57,258 bases of DNA. It comes from Ministeria vibrans ATCC 50519. Lineage: Eukaryota > Protista > Filasterea. The position numbers and the translations under genes were made by a program. The DNA lies in contig CALSCP010000519.1 of NCBI GenBank assembly GCA_943704425.1, positions 36,677 to 93,934 of the forward strand, read 5' to 3'. Each line of letters begins with the position of its first letter. Position 1 is the first letter of the stretch. Positions 1-20,136 of this stretch are shown one piece after another. The notes beneath the pieces were generated by a model. The model saw only the letters and a list, made by a program, of their open reading frames with translations, was not told the origin of the DNA and ran no database searches.

Positions 1-1118
1 CAGACACACACACAGAGTAACACTACACACACTCTTCTCTCGTGCGCTCCTACTTGATACTCCATGAGACCCGGCTCACAGCGGCGCATCACCGCACAAT
101 GAGCATCCGAGCTAATCTGACACACCCATCGGATCAGATCAATCTACAAAAGGGCAAAGAATCAAAAGCCGTAGTCAAAACGAAAAACAAAAACAACTCC
201 TGGTGACCTCCTCCTTCGACTTGATGACACGACATTCGCAAATCTCACGGAAGAGATAGGTGCGAACCGTGTTGTACTTGTCAATGCCGTCAAAAACAGC
301 GGGCGCCGTGAACGAGCCGGCGCGGTCGCCGTTCTCGCCGTACAGTGTGTGCACCTGAGCGGCATTGCGCGTCGTCAGAAACTACCAGGCGAGGCGAACG
401 TGTATGTGTGAGATTGCGGCGTGACAAAAACCAAGGCCAAGGCACAACATACCGAGTCAATTTCGTCGGCGTACAGCACACGGTCCACGCCAAATCGCTC
501 CTTGTACCTGCAAATCAAAATGAACACCATAATTTCGCGACGCCCCTCGACACTGACACTGTTGGCGTACCACTCAGTCGGGTGGATCTTGCCCTCCCAC
601 ACAGCATAGTGCTGCGGCAGACGAGGCATAAACAAGACGCCCTCGCCATTCTGGATGTCAACCAGACCGTAGAACTCGGGCAGTTCAACGCCAAAGAGAT
701 ACTGAGACATAGTAAAAAGTTGACGTTGAAAAAAAAAGCACTAATCTTGTTGGAATGATACCATAAAATGACTCTCCTGGCGGAACACCAGCTCGGCATC
801 GGTGTCGTACTTGTACTGCTGCACGCCGCCTTGAAGCAGTGCGACGCTGTTGCGGTCTACCCCCTCAGCGACTCGCATTCGCTCCACCAGACGAGCGCGA
901 CTCTACAGCACACTCTTAGCGCGCCACTTGGACGGCCCGCGCGAGTGAGTACGTACCGCTTTGTGCATGGCCATGGGAACCTTGTACGTCTGCTGGCCCT
1001 TGGAGATGTACGGGCCCTGCATCAGACGCATCAGTCGTGCACACTCTTCCTTCGGTCTCACCGTCACCGCTCGCTCGTCGCCTCCATCGCATTTCTCGTC
1101 ATTTGAACGCTTCGACAT
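1..1118 (-). CDS. PEPD: Xaa-Pro dipeptidase (prolidase), 5' exons; continues off the left edge of the window
   Basis: ATG at 1118. Spliced exons give YKVPMAMH, LLQGG..YDTDAELVFRQES, YLFGVELPEFYG..FMPRLPQHYAVWEGKI, ECRVIKSKEE and ISSDAHCAVMRRCEPGLMEYQ, all typical of prolidase. Confidence 0.9.
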
Positions 1119-1288
1119 GGTGCAAATGGAATCCTAGAAATAAATCTGCACCAAAATCCAATTGAGTACTGATAACTGACCAAATCTGAATCTGTCAATC
1201 TGAAGAGTGAAGTTTTCGTTTCATCAATCATCTAAAATTAATTTTGTCGCCAATCGGACAATCGTACAAAGATTATTATTTCTTCAAT

Positions 1289-2572
1289 ATGCTTGGTGTC
1301 CTTCTCTTGTTTGTGGTAGCCGCTGCTCACGGCGGCTCGAGCACCCCAACCTCCGACACACCTGAGTTCTCCATGTGCGGTCGTCTCAACTCTACCACTT
1401 GCCTCGGTCTGCCGTGCTGTGAGAGTCGCGATCTCGGCCCGAGTTGTTGTCCCTTTGGTGATGGCGTGTGTTGTCCTCCACCCACGCTGTCCTACGGCAC
1501 TGCCGACCACTTGCTCGCCTCGCAGCAACGATGCTGTCCCAAGGAGTTCCCCGTGTGCCCGTCGCCGGCAATGCCCAACTACAATGGCGTCTGTACAAGC
1601 GTCGTCGGTGACCGAGGTCCGTTTCCCACTTCGACCGTCTCAACGGCGCCCCCGTCGCCGCTTCCGCACGGCCGTTACCTGTCAGCTGCAATTGTGTGGC
1701 ACGGTACCGTCTACCTCTTTGGTGGACGCAACATCACGTCGAATGAGGGTGAACGCGACGTTGCCGTGTACCAACCGTACTCGCGTCGGTGGTCGTCCCT
1801 GGGAGCATCCATGCCGCGCCCGCGTGTCGACCTCTACGCGGTTGTTGACCCAACACACGACGACGTGTATGTTTTTGGTGGTGGTGAGTCTACTGTCGCG
1901 TCGACGCTCGACATTTTGCACATGCCAACCCGCAAATGGCGGTCGGGGCCGTCGTTGTCACTTGGCACGGGACAAGTTGTGCTTGCCGGTGCGCTCTTTC
2001 CCAACACACACCAAGTGGTGGCAGTCGTGAGTGAGGGTGTTTCAGATTCGACAATTCGTCTTCGACCATTTCTCCTCGACGCTACACCGAATGGAACGCA
2101 ATGGTCTACTTCAGCAAGCCGCTCGCCACTTTTCACCGCCTCCAATGTATACCGCCAGGTGGTCACCTCGGCTCAACTCGATGGTAGTCTCTATCTTGTG
2201 ACCCAGCATGACTACGAGACTGTGTCGTCGACCATGCAAGTGTACAACGCAGTGCATGATCGCTGGAGCACCGTCTCCGGCATGGGCTTGAGCGACCTCG
2301 TCATGTTCAGTGCTATTGCCCTCGATGACACGGAAAACATAGGTTTCTTTGGGGGCTGTCAGTGCGGTTCGTCGTGTAGCGCGACCGGCTCGGTTGCCGT
2401 TTACAATGTACACCGACAGAGCATGACTGCTCTTCCGTCGCTTCTGCGCGTGCGCTGTGCTCCGAGTCCGGTTCTTGTCGAAGACGGCGTGGTGTTTGTC
2501 GTCGCTGGCACCACCGACGGACCCGCAGAGACTCGTCGAGATGTTGAGATGTACTTTTTCTCCAATACATAA
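1289..2572 (+). CDS. Secreted protein: signal peptide + granulin-like Cys module + Kelch-repeat beta-propeller (intronless)
   Basis: Signal-like N-terminus MLGVLLLFVVAAAHG. Four CC pairs ending CCPKEFPVC. Kelch motifs VYLFGG..VYQPYSRRW and VYVFGG..PTRKW, plus FFGG and VVAG. Confidence 0.8.
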   Translation: MLGVLLLFVVAAAHGGSSTPTSDTPEFSMCGRLNSTTCLGLPCCESRDLGPSCCPFGDGVCCPPPTLSYGTADHLLASQQRCCPKEFPVCPSPAMPNYNGVCTSVVGDRGPFPTSTVSTAPPSPLPHGRYLSAAIVWHGTVYLFGGRNITSNEGERDVAVYQPYSRRWSSLGASMPRPRVDLYAVVDPTHDDVYVFGGGESTVASTLDILHMPTRKWRSGPSLSLGTGQVVLAGALFPNTHQVVAVVSEGVSDSTIRLRPFLLDATPNGTQWSTSASRSPLFTASNVYRQVVTSAQLDGSLYLVTQHDYETVSSTMQVYNAVHDRWSTVSGMGLSDLVMFSAIALDDTENIGFFGGCQCGSSCSATGSVAVYNVHRQSMTALPSLLRVRCAPSPVLVEDGVVFVVAGTTDGPAETRRDVEMYFFSNT

Positions 2573-2602
2573 CATCATAGTAGTTTATACTTCCTCTCCA
2601 AT

Positions 2603-3083
2603 NNNNNNNNNNNNNNNNNNNNNNNNNNNNNNNNNNNNNNNNNNNNNNNNNNNNNNNNNNNNNNNNNNNNNNNNNNNNNNNNNNNNNNNNNNNNNNNNNN
2701 NNNNNNNNNNNNNNNNNNNNNNNNNNNNNNNNNNNNNNNNNNNNNNNNNNNNNNNNNNNNNNNNNNNNNNNNNNNNNNNNNNNNNNNNNNNNNNNNNNNN
2801 NNNNNNNNNNNNNNNNNNNNNNNNNNNNNNNNNNNNNNNNNNNNNNNNNNNNNNNNNNNNNNNNNNNNNNNNNNNNNNNNNNNNNNNNNNNNNNNNNNNN
2901 NNNNNNNNNNNNNNNNNNNNNNNNNNNNNNNNNNNNNNNNNNNNNNNNNNNNNNNNNNNNNNNNNNNNNNNNNNNNNNNNNNNNNNNNNNNNNNNNNNNN
3001 NNNNNNNNNNNNNNNNNNNNNNNNNNNNNNNNNNNNNNNNNNNNNNNNNNNNNNNNNNNNNNNNNNNNNNNNNNNNNNNNNNN
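2603..3083. other. Assembly gap hiding the 5' end of ACC
   Basis: Run of N. Confidence 1.
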
Positions 3084-3145
3084 ACCAAAAAAAAAAAAAA
3101 AACTGTGTCAATGTGTTGATGATTTGCTTTCTCGTCCTCCACCAG

Positions 3146-11674
<8,529 letters not shown>

Positions 11675-11772
11675 GAGGAAATGAGAGAGAGGAGAGAGGA
11701 GAGGGAGGAGCTTAATGGTTATTCAAAAATAATTTAGTTTTATTTTTATTTTTTTCGTCCATTGGTTTCGAT

Positions 11773-13104
11773 ATGCCCCCCAAAGTGTGTAGTGTATGCC
11801 AGACGGCCAAGGCGTCTTTGAGGCGCCCCAAAACGGGAGCGCCCTTTTGCAAAGAGTGTTTCTTTCAGGTGCGGGTGTATGGGGATGCTGCTGACGCACT
11901 GACGCTCTCTGCGCATGTGTAGGCGTTCGAGGACGAGATCCACGAGACGATTGTATCGAATGGGCTGTTCAAGAAGGGAGACCGCGTTGCGATTGGCGCG
12001 AGTGGCGGCAAGGACAGCACCGTCCTGGCGTACATCATGAATCTGCTGAACGAGCGCCACGCGTATGGCCTTGAGCTGTTTCTGTTGAGTATCGACGAAG
12101 GTGAGCAGGCGTGTCGGCAGACGGCTGACGCGCCATGCATTGACAACAGCTCTTTTCGTTTGTTTCAAGGGATTACTGGATACAGAGACGATTCGTTGGA
12201 GACGGTGAAGCGCAACGAGGCACAGTACGGGATCCCGTTGAAGATTGTGAGCTACGAAGAGCTGTATGGATGGACGATGGATGCGATTGTGTCGGCCATT
12301 GGGCGCAAGAACAACTGCACGTTTTGCGGGGTGTTTCGACGACAGGCGCTCGACCGAGGAGCAGCGCTGTTGAACGCGACGTGCATTGTGACGGGCCACA
12401 ATGCCGACGACATTGCCGAGACGGTGCTGATGAACATTTTGCGCGGTGATATTGCGCGCTTGAAGCGATGCACGTCGATTGTGACGGGAGGCGGAGCGGA
12501 CGGACTCGCACGCAGCAAGCCCTTCAAGTACACCTATGAGAAGGAGATTGTGTTGTATGCGTACTACAAGAAGGTAAGCGATAAAGAAGAACACAAAAAG
12601 CCAGATGTGTATGTGGCGGGTGTATTTGTATGTGTACATGTATTTGTATGTATGTGCAAAATATGTATAATTATTATTATTAATTTAATTATTATAAATA
12701 TGTATGTATGTTTGTGTGTATTGTGTGGGTATGTGCGTATGCGTATACTGACGAAGCGTGCGCAGCTGGACTACTTCAGCACCGAATGTATCTACAGCCC
12801 CAATGCGTATCGGGGGTATGCTCGGACGTTTCTCAAGGACCTTGAGACTCTGCGGACGTCTACGATTCTGGATGTGATACGGTCGGGAGAGGCACTGGGA
12901 CGGGGAGTGGAGGAGGGCACGCGGATGCCGACGCAGCGGACGTGTGTTCTGTGTGGGTACATCAGCTCACAGGAGCACTGCAAGGCGTGTGTGTTGCTGG
13001 CGGGGCTCAACCAGGGCCGCGCACGCCTGTCCATTGGTCGCGAGAAAGCCATGCGCCAACTCATGGCCGAGCCAGATGCCCCGGGGCCCTCTGCTCGCCC
13101 CTGA
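11773..13104 (+). CDS. CTU1: Cytoplasmic tRNA 2-thiolation protein 1 (Ncs6/ATPBD3), 4 exons
   Basis: N-terminal CxxC..RPKTG..CKECF. PP-loop [50 protein letters not shown]-terminal CxxCGYISSQxxCKAC. Confidence 0.97.
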
Positions 13105-13199
13105 GTGCCGTTATTTGTGTACAAACTGAAACTGAAACTATCGTTAACAAAAAAAGTTACGTGACGTTTTATTGGGGTGTTTTTTTAGAGAGAGAGAGC

Positions 13200-14069
13200 T
13201 CAGTAGTAGTAGTAGTGGTTGCGACGGTAGGGACGACGGCCGTAGTAGGAGTAGTTGTCGCGGATGATGACCGTCTCGGTAGGAGGTGCGACATAGTACG
13301 AGGGAGCAGATGTTGTGTAGACGACTTGCGGTGGCTGCTGCACGTAGACGACGGGCTGGGGCGGAGGTACGACCGCCACGGGCACGGCGGTCGGTTGCGT
13401 CTGGTAGTAGCGCGGCTGTGGTGCAACAGGCTGATACTGCTGGTGCTGCTGCTGGTGCTGAGTTGGAGCCTGTTGTGCGCCGGCGGGGACCAGACGGCGC
13501 TCGGGCGGCGGAGCGACAGGGCCCTCTTCCCAGGCAAGGGCAAGGGTGATGTGGCCAGCAACACAGCCGCTCTTGTCAAACACATCGTGCTGTCTCTCGT
13601 CGACGAGCACCGACTGGCAGTGTGTGATGTTGAGTTCCATCCATGCCAGAAATGCTCCTGACTGAGTCTCCAGCTGAACTTTCAGCGACGTCACGCCGTC
13701 GCGCACGCGAAAAGCAACAGCCTAAGGAAAGATACACACGTCAGTGCCCGTCAGCCGCGTGCCTGGCGCAGTGCGAGAAGGGCCCTTCCCGCACGGGCAT
13801 TTCCCCAAAAAAAGAAAATCGACAAGAAAAAAAAATTCGCCAAGAAAATGATTTTAAGGGATTAAACGAAAGAGGGGTGTGGAGGGGGGTTGGGGGGCGA
13901 GCGCAGAGTGGACGGGGGNNNNNNNNNNGGTGGGGGGCGGGGGGCGTCGTACCTGCTGGGGTTGAGTGCGGAGGGTTTCGCCATCGCAAGTGGCGACGAC
14001 GGCCACGCGCTGGCCTTGGCTGGGCAGAGCCACCGCGGGGACTGAGACGGTGAGGGATCCGCTGGGCAT
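13200..14069 (-). CDS. Small C2-like domain protein with Pro/Gln/Tyr-rich tail (exons 14069-13953 and 13721-13200)
   Basis: A phase-0 GT-AG splice joins MPSGSLTVSVPAV..LRTQPQQ to AVAFRVRDGVTSLKVQL..AGHITLALAWE. The beta-strand pattern resembles a C2 domain. The tail is PQY-rich and ends YYYY-stop. Confidence 0.6.
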
Positions 14070-14391
14070 TGTAAAGAAGGTGGCAAAAAGAAGAAGATGA
14101 ATATTTTTGACTTTTGAGAATTTTGATTATTTTCATTTTCTGAATTAGTTTCAGTTTAGTAGCACGGTTGACTAGAGCGTGTCAGAGTGAGTAGAGAGTG
14201 GCGACGTATGCTGGCGCTATCAATGCAAATTGCAACTTAAATAACTTTGACCTTTAAGTGTTTCACTGTTCTTTCTTGCTCTCTCTATAGATTTGGCGTG
14301 ATTTAGCTAATCGTCTATGAGTCGTCTCACTCGTCATTCAACAAAATACATTAAATTACATATTTCACACACACATTTTTAATTAATTTAC

Positions 14392-14902
14392 ATGTCTGGC
14401 TTCATCAACGATCTCTCTCCGGCTCAGGAGGACGCATTAAATGAACTGTGGGTGCTCTTGTTGGACGTCGATCTCCATCGACCCGAAATGGTCAGCACAC
14501 CAAACGACTTTTGCTCTTTCCGCTTCTGATTCGCTCTGTCTTGCGTTGCGCAGTTCTGGGAAGCCGCTGGTGTTATGGACCCTGATGGTTTGAAGAACGA
14601 AAGACGTGCGCAGCTCACACTTTCCTCTGCTTTTCAGCGTTTCTTCTGCGATTTTTGCGAGCGAGGCAGTTCTCGGTGAAAAAGGCATTTGCGCTGATGA
14701 AATCCATGCTGGAGTGGCGCGAGGAGTACCGCCCCGGCAGCCTCACCGCCGAGAGCATTACAGACAAGCGTTTCTTTGCGTCGGGGTTGAGCTTTTTGCA
14801 CGGCCGGTGTGTGGCGGGTCGGCCGGTCGCCTACATCCGCGTACGGGGGAGGCCCACGCACACACACACGAAACACACACACACACACACACACACAATA
14901 CG

Positions 14903-14988
<86 letters not shown>

Positions 14989-15848
14989 AACACAGCCCTC
15001 ACTCAAACACACTCGAAACACACTTTTTCTCACTTGCTCTGACACACTTCGACACCACCCTCACTAAAAACACACACACAAACACACACGCTTCACTCAA
15101 TTCTACACAAACCCCTCTCTCTTTCCCACACACTCACAACATCAAATTTTTGCAGGTGAAACTGCACAACAAGAATGATCGCGACATCAAGGAGCTGCAG
15201 CAGTTTACTGTGATGCAGATGGAGTTGGGACGACGGCTGATGCTCGAGGGAGCGGAGCAGTCGACTATGGTCTTTGACATGTCGGGCTTTTCGCTTAGCA
15301 ACATGGACTTTGAGTTGGTGAAGTTTCTGATCAAGGCGCTGGAGCAGTACTATCCCGAGACGCTTGGCGTGCTGCTCATTGTGAATGCGCCCTGGCTCTT
15401 TTCGGGTTGCTGGCGCATGATTCGCCCGTGGCTCGACGAGCGCGTCTCGCAAAAGATCAAGTTCATCAGTGTCGCCGAACTGCCACAATACATCGAGCCA
15501 GCCATGCTACTTGAGTCGCTTGGCGGCACCAGCGACTACGTCCATGAGTTCAAGACGATTGGAGACGACGATGGCATTGTGTGGCAGCCCAGAGGCGCAC
15601 ACGCGCGCGACGATGCTGCCGCGCTCGGCGACGCCCTGACGGCGGCACGCGCTGACTACATTGCTGCCAAACGGGCGTTGGTGCAGGAGAAGGGCGCTGC
15701 GGATGTGGCGCAGCACAAGGAGGCACTGCACGATGCTCACTCGCGCATCGACAAGAGTGTGCGCTTTCGCTGTCCACGCTACCACTTTGCTAATCTGCAC
15801 GCCGACGACATCGCCATGCACAAGCTCAATCCAGACTACGGAGAGTGA
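14392..15848 (+). CDS. CRAL-TRIO / Sec14-family lipid transfer protein
   Basis: MSGFINDLSPAQEDAL, DPDAFLLRFLRARQFSV, VFDMSGFSLSNMD, YYPETLGVLLIVNAPWLFSGCW..IRPWLD, SLGG. Confidence 0.93.
14858..14985. repeat. (CA)n microsatellite in CRAL-TRIO intron
   Basis: Seen directly. Confidence 0.95.
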
Positions 15849-16068
15849 TCGATTCAATGAAGAAGTGACGGTGTACAGATTTTGCGAATATCACAGATCA
15901 TTGAGGTGCATTAAAATAAGAGGAAGAAGACATTAGACATTTCAATATAATCCAAAAATTTATTTTTCATTGCGGGTATTGTTCTCGGTTGGCCTATACC
16001 ACTTTACATACCAACCAAACTAAAACGGCTTCGTAGCGCGCACGGCTGACAGCAACAGAACTCTCTCA

Positions 16069-16466
16069 ATGTGAAGAAGAGCCGATACTAACAATACATT
16101 TTTTGTTTTGCGCTGATTCTTGGCTGTTCTGCAGGGATTACACCTCGTCGTACACTTCAGGCGGTGGAGGCGGCGCGCGGCCCAACAATGACAAAGTGAA
16201 TGCGTTGAAAAACGACGCGGGCGAAGTGGTGGGCGTGATGAGAGACAACATTGGTAAGGGCACACCCCACACGCGCTTGCACCGCTTGCACGCCCCCTCA
16301 CCCGCTGTGCCGCTGTGCAGATGCGCTCCTGCAGCGGGACGACGCTCTGAGTGCCATCCAAGACAAATCCGACAATCTGAACGACGCATCGAATCAGTTT
16401 AAGAAGCAGGCGGTGCGCGCGCATCGTAAACAACGAGCGTGCTTTGGTCTGTGCAGCATCATGTGA
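16069..16466 (+). CDS. Synaptobrevin/VAMP-like R-SNARE of about 88 aa, no transmembrane segment, C-terminal CaaX (exons 16069-16070, 16135-16253, 16321-16466)
   Basis: EVVGVMRDNIDALLQRDDALSAIQDKSDNLNDASNQFKKQA is an R-SNARE motif with the zero-layer Arg. The protein ends RACFGLCSIM-stop. Confidence 0.85.
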
Positions 16467-16525
16467 GCGAGAGGAGCGGCAGGGATGCAGTGCGAGTCCC
16501 AGAACCTGACGAGCAGTGTTGTCGA

Positions 16526-16527
<2 letters not shown>

Positions 16528-16567
<40 letters not shown>

Positions 16568-16632
16568 GTGTGTGTGGGTGTGTGTCTTTGTGGTGCGTTT
16601 GTGTGTCTTTGTGGTGTCTGTGTCGTGTGTGT
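16528..16632. repeat. (GT)n microsatellite between convergent genes
   Basis: Seen directly. Confidence 0.9.
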
Positions 16633-16674
16633 GAATCGTGTACAACAGAAAAATTTGATGCTTGCATTGGAATT

Positions 16675-19600
16675 TCAGACCACTCGATAGTGAAGAGTGT
16701 GTAGAGCCCCATTGTTGGCAGCAGCAGGAGCACCCACATAAAAAGTACGCAGGCTCGCATTGGACGAGGCAGACCGGGAGGTGGCGGCGACTGGAGAGGC
16801 GTCAGAGGTGCCCGACGGAACACCCGAACCATGAATGCGCATGGCAGCGCGCACCGTCCCATCGTGCGCCAGCATAGCCAAGTACACATCATCGACCGCA
16901 TTGAGGCCCATCAGCAGGTCGTTGATACCATCACCGTCGGTATCGCCCGCCGATGCAAGTGTGCAGCCTACACCTGCGTTGGCTGCAAGCGTTATCTCCA
17001 GTCCCCCCGACACAGGTGTCACCAGTTGCTCGCCCACCACTTCACCCGTTGTGTTAAGAAACAGTACAAAGAATCCACTGCACAACTGTGGCGACGCCGC
17101 ATCCGCAACACCCACTGCCAAATCGGGCACTCCATCATCATTTACGTCGCCCAAAGGCGCAAGAGAGCTGCACAGAGAAATCAAACAGATTGAGTATATA
17201 GCTATTAATTGCAATGGTGCCGACTAAGTGTGCTTACATGCCCATTGTGAGCCCGTTGAGAGGATCGAGGAGGCCGCCCGTGCCCAATGCAAGGAGACGA
17301 GTGGCACTAAAGCCGGTGCCGGCCGAAATCATTGTGACAATGAGCACTGCGCCTCCGCGCGTGCCGTAGCCCGGGATGCCAATGGCCAAGTCCGTCCCAC
17401 TCGCGCGCCCCGTCGCACTGTCCACGTTGCCCACCAGTGCAAGTGACGCTCCAAACTGCAAGTCGCTACCAGACAACTCGTTGAAGTCGTTGGACGAAAA
17501 GGTGCGAAAAAGAGTGGGATCGCCGCCACGCGTGAGCTGCACGAGGTAGACGCGACCGCCGTCGTTGAGGGGCGCACCCACGTAGAAGTTGAGGCGCGGC
17601 GATACAAAGGGTGTGCCTGTTGTGAGCAGCGAGAAGAGTACGGCAGACGCACCAAAGGCATCGTAGGTCGACGGCGCATTCGCCGGGTCGATAAGTGCCG
17701 CATCGAGCCAGTGGAGGTCCTTGATGTCACCGTGTGCGGTCGACCAGACGATAGCAAGCGCCCCAAAGCCAGCACGGTTGGTTGTGCCCACAAGCACGTC
17801 GTCGACGCCGTCCATGTCGAGGTCACCGAGAATGGCGACGCTCGACGCAAATCCAAACGCACCCGATTCAGCGGTGCGGTTCATGGAGCCACTCGCAGGT
17901 GAGATGTGCTGCTCGGCGAGAATCGCCGTATCTGAGCTCATGAGCAGTGGCGTGACATCGCCGTGGCGAATGTTACCGCGGAGACCACCGGCAGGGCTAA
18001 AATGATTGCCCACGACAAAGTCGGTCTCGCCGTCGCCATTGAGGTCGCCTAGCGATGAGAGGCCAATGGTACGCCCTGGCATAGAGACGGGGCTGATGAC
18101 GTTAATTTGAAAAGGAAGCGTCATGGACACGGCGCTTGCAAGGGTAGGCGTTGACGTGGATGACACGGTGAGGCGATGGAGGAGCACTAGATCGTTGGTG
18201 CCGTCAAAGGAGGTCATGAGGAACTGATTGTCGCCGAGGCTGGCCATGGCCAAGCCGATGAGCGCACCGTTAGGACTGATGCCCACGTTGATGGTGGGGG
18301 GCGTAGCGAAGGAAGTGCGGCCAGTAGCATCGAAGGATATGATAAAGAGGAACGCGGTGGGGCCGGTCGGAGCGGTGGCGACCAGCTCAATAGTGCCGTC
18401 GTTGTTGACGTCGCCCAGAACCGCCACGGCCGACGGAAAGTTGCCGCTGGTCGACTGGCTGGGTCCACCGGGGCTGTCGTTCAGGTCAATGGCGGCCTTG
18501 GAGGTGTACGTGCCCGTCGCACTCAACTCTACGAGCCACAGGTACCCTACGTTGTTGTTTTCGTCGCCAATGACCACCTCGGGCTGTCCGTTGTCGTCAA
18601 TGTCGCCCACGTAGTCCATGGTGGAGCCAAAGAAGGTTGGTCTTCCCGCGGGCGGCGATTCGAGCGTCGCGTTGCCCACATGTGTCCCGTTGCGCCCCAG
18701 GAACACAACAATGACGACATTCTGGAGAGTGCCTGCACAAAATAACAAAGCGAGCGAAGAAGCACATAGAAGTCAACAAAAACGGCATCAAGCCAGTCGC
18801 AAAGGAAGCGCCTAAACACACACCATACAAAACAGGGGTGAGCCGAGGAAATTCTTACCCACAAGCAAGTCGGGCACACCGTCGCCATTAAGATCGTTCA
18901 GACGCGCAAGAGACGTGCCAAAGCCACAGTTCAGAAGGGGACAGACATAGCCGATCTGAGTAGAAGACATGGATTAGTCGCACGAACAAGAGACATGGGT
19001 GACAAAAAATGTATGTACCTGAGTCACCGAGCGGTACGTTCCATCACGACGCATAAACGCAATGTACACCTGGCCAGTGGACGAGTCCTCGCCGGGCGCA
19101 CCAATGGCCAGGTCCGCAATGAGGTCGCCATCCACGTCACCAATCCTGTGTCAACGAAGTGTGTCAAGGGGGCGGTGATCGGTGAGTGTCTCACGACAAT
19201 GTACACATAGCAAGACAAGACGTACTCTCGCACAGCATAGCCAAATAGCATGAGATCCTGCTCCTCATAAGGAAAGGGATGTGTGGCGCTGTCGAGGAGA
19301 TGGGACGCCTCGAGCTGGATGACCGCGGAGAGATTGCCAGCCAGGCAAAGAGTGTCGCTGTTGGCAACAAAGCCATCGTAGCAGGCACAGCGGTGGAGAC
19401 CCGGGCCCATGTAGAGGCAGGAGGCGAGCGGGCCGCAGTCGTGTGTGTCATCCACGCACGGATTGATGGCATGGCACACAAACCCCGAACCGCGATAGCC
19501 TGTGCCGCACACACACACGGTGCCGGTCAAGCCAGCGACAGCCGTAAGGCATACGGCGTTGGCGTCGCAGCGGGAACAGCTGCTGGCGTTGGCAAGGGGC

Positions 19601-19902
19601 GCGGAGGACGGGGAGGAGGCGGACGAGGCCTCGAGCAGCGCCAGACGCGCTTCGGACGCTGCCAGCCGACTCTCCAGGTCGGTGCCGTCGCGGAGACGCA
19701 GACGACCTTCAACACTGACCACTCCGGACTGCGCAGGGAACGGCGTGAGCGTGAGGTCGCCGCCTTCGTTGAATCTAAAGAACGGTCAAAATAAGGTTGT
19801 GAGAGAAAATAAATCATCAATTATATACATTGCCGCCTCGTTGGCTGCTGTCGTGGACACGAACAGGAGCCCAACAAAGAGTACAACCACTGCCCGGCGC
19901 AT
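16675..19902 (-). CDS. Secreted protein: signal peptide, short coiled coil, 2 EGF-like domains, about 12 FG-GAP (integrin-alpha-type) repeats; no TM segment seen
   Basis: ATG at 19902 (MRRAVVVLFVGLLFV). EGF motifs CDANAVC..CVCGTGYRGSGFVC and INPCVDDTHDC..CACYDGF. Repeats IGDVDGDLIADLAIGAP, LNDLNGDGVPDLLV, LGDLNGDGETDFVVG, LGDLDMDGVDDVLVG, LGDVNDDGVPDLAVG, AGDTDGDGINDLLMG. Confidence 0.85.
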
Positions 19903-20136
19903 CAGAAAGAAATGGCAAGAGGACTTGAGGAGGAAAGAAGAAAAAAAATGAGATAGGAGAGAATAAATACTGAGTTATAATTTCGATTGGACGAAATTTT
20001 ACCGCAAAATTTTGCGAAAAATGGAAAGCGCAAAAAAATAAAAATAAAAAAATTAATAAAAATAAGATGTATAATCAAAAAGACGTAGTTTTACTTAGTA
20101 GGTAGAATACAAATCGCCATTGATGCTGCGATGCTA

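Noticed and set aside
16675-19902. Calling this gene an integrin alpha
   Set aside because: No thigh/calf domains, TM helix or GFFKR tail; EGFs precede the repeats and there are more than 7 blades.
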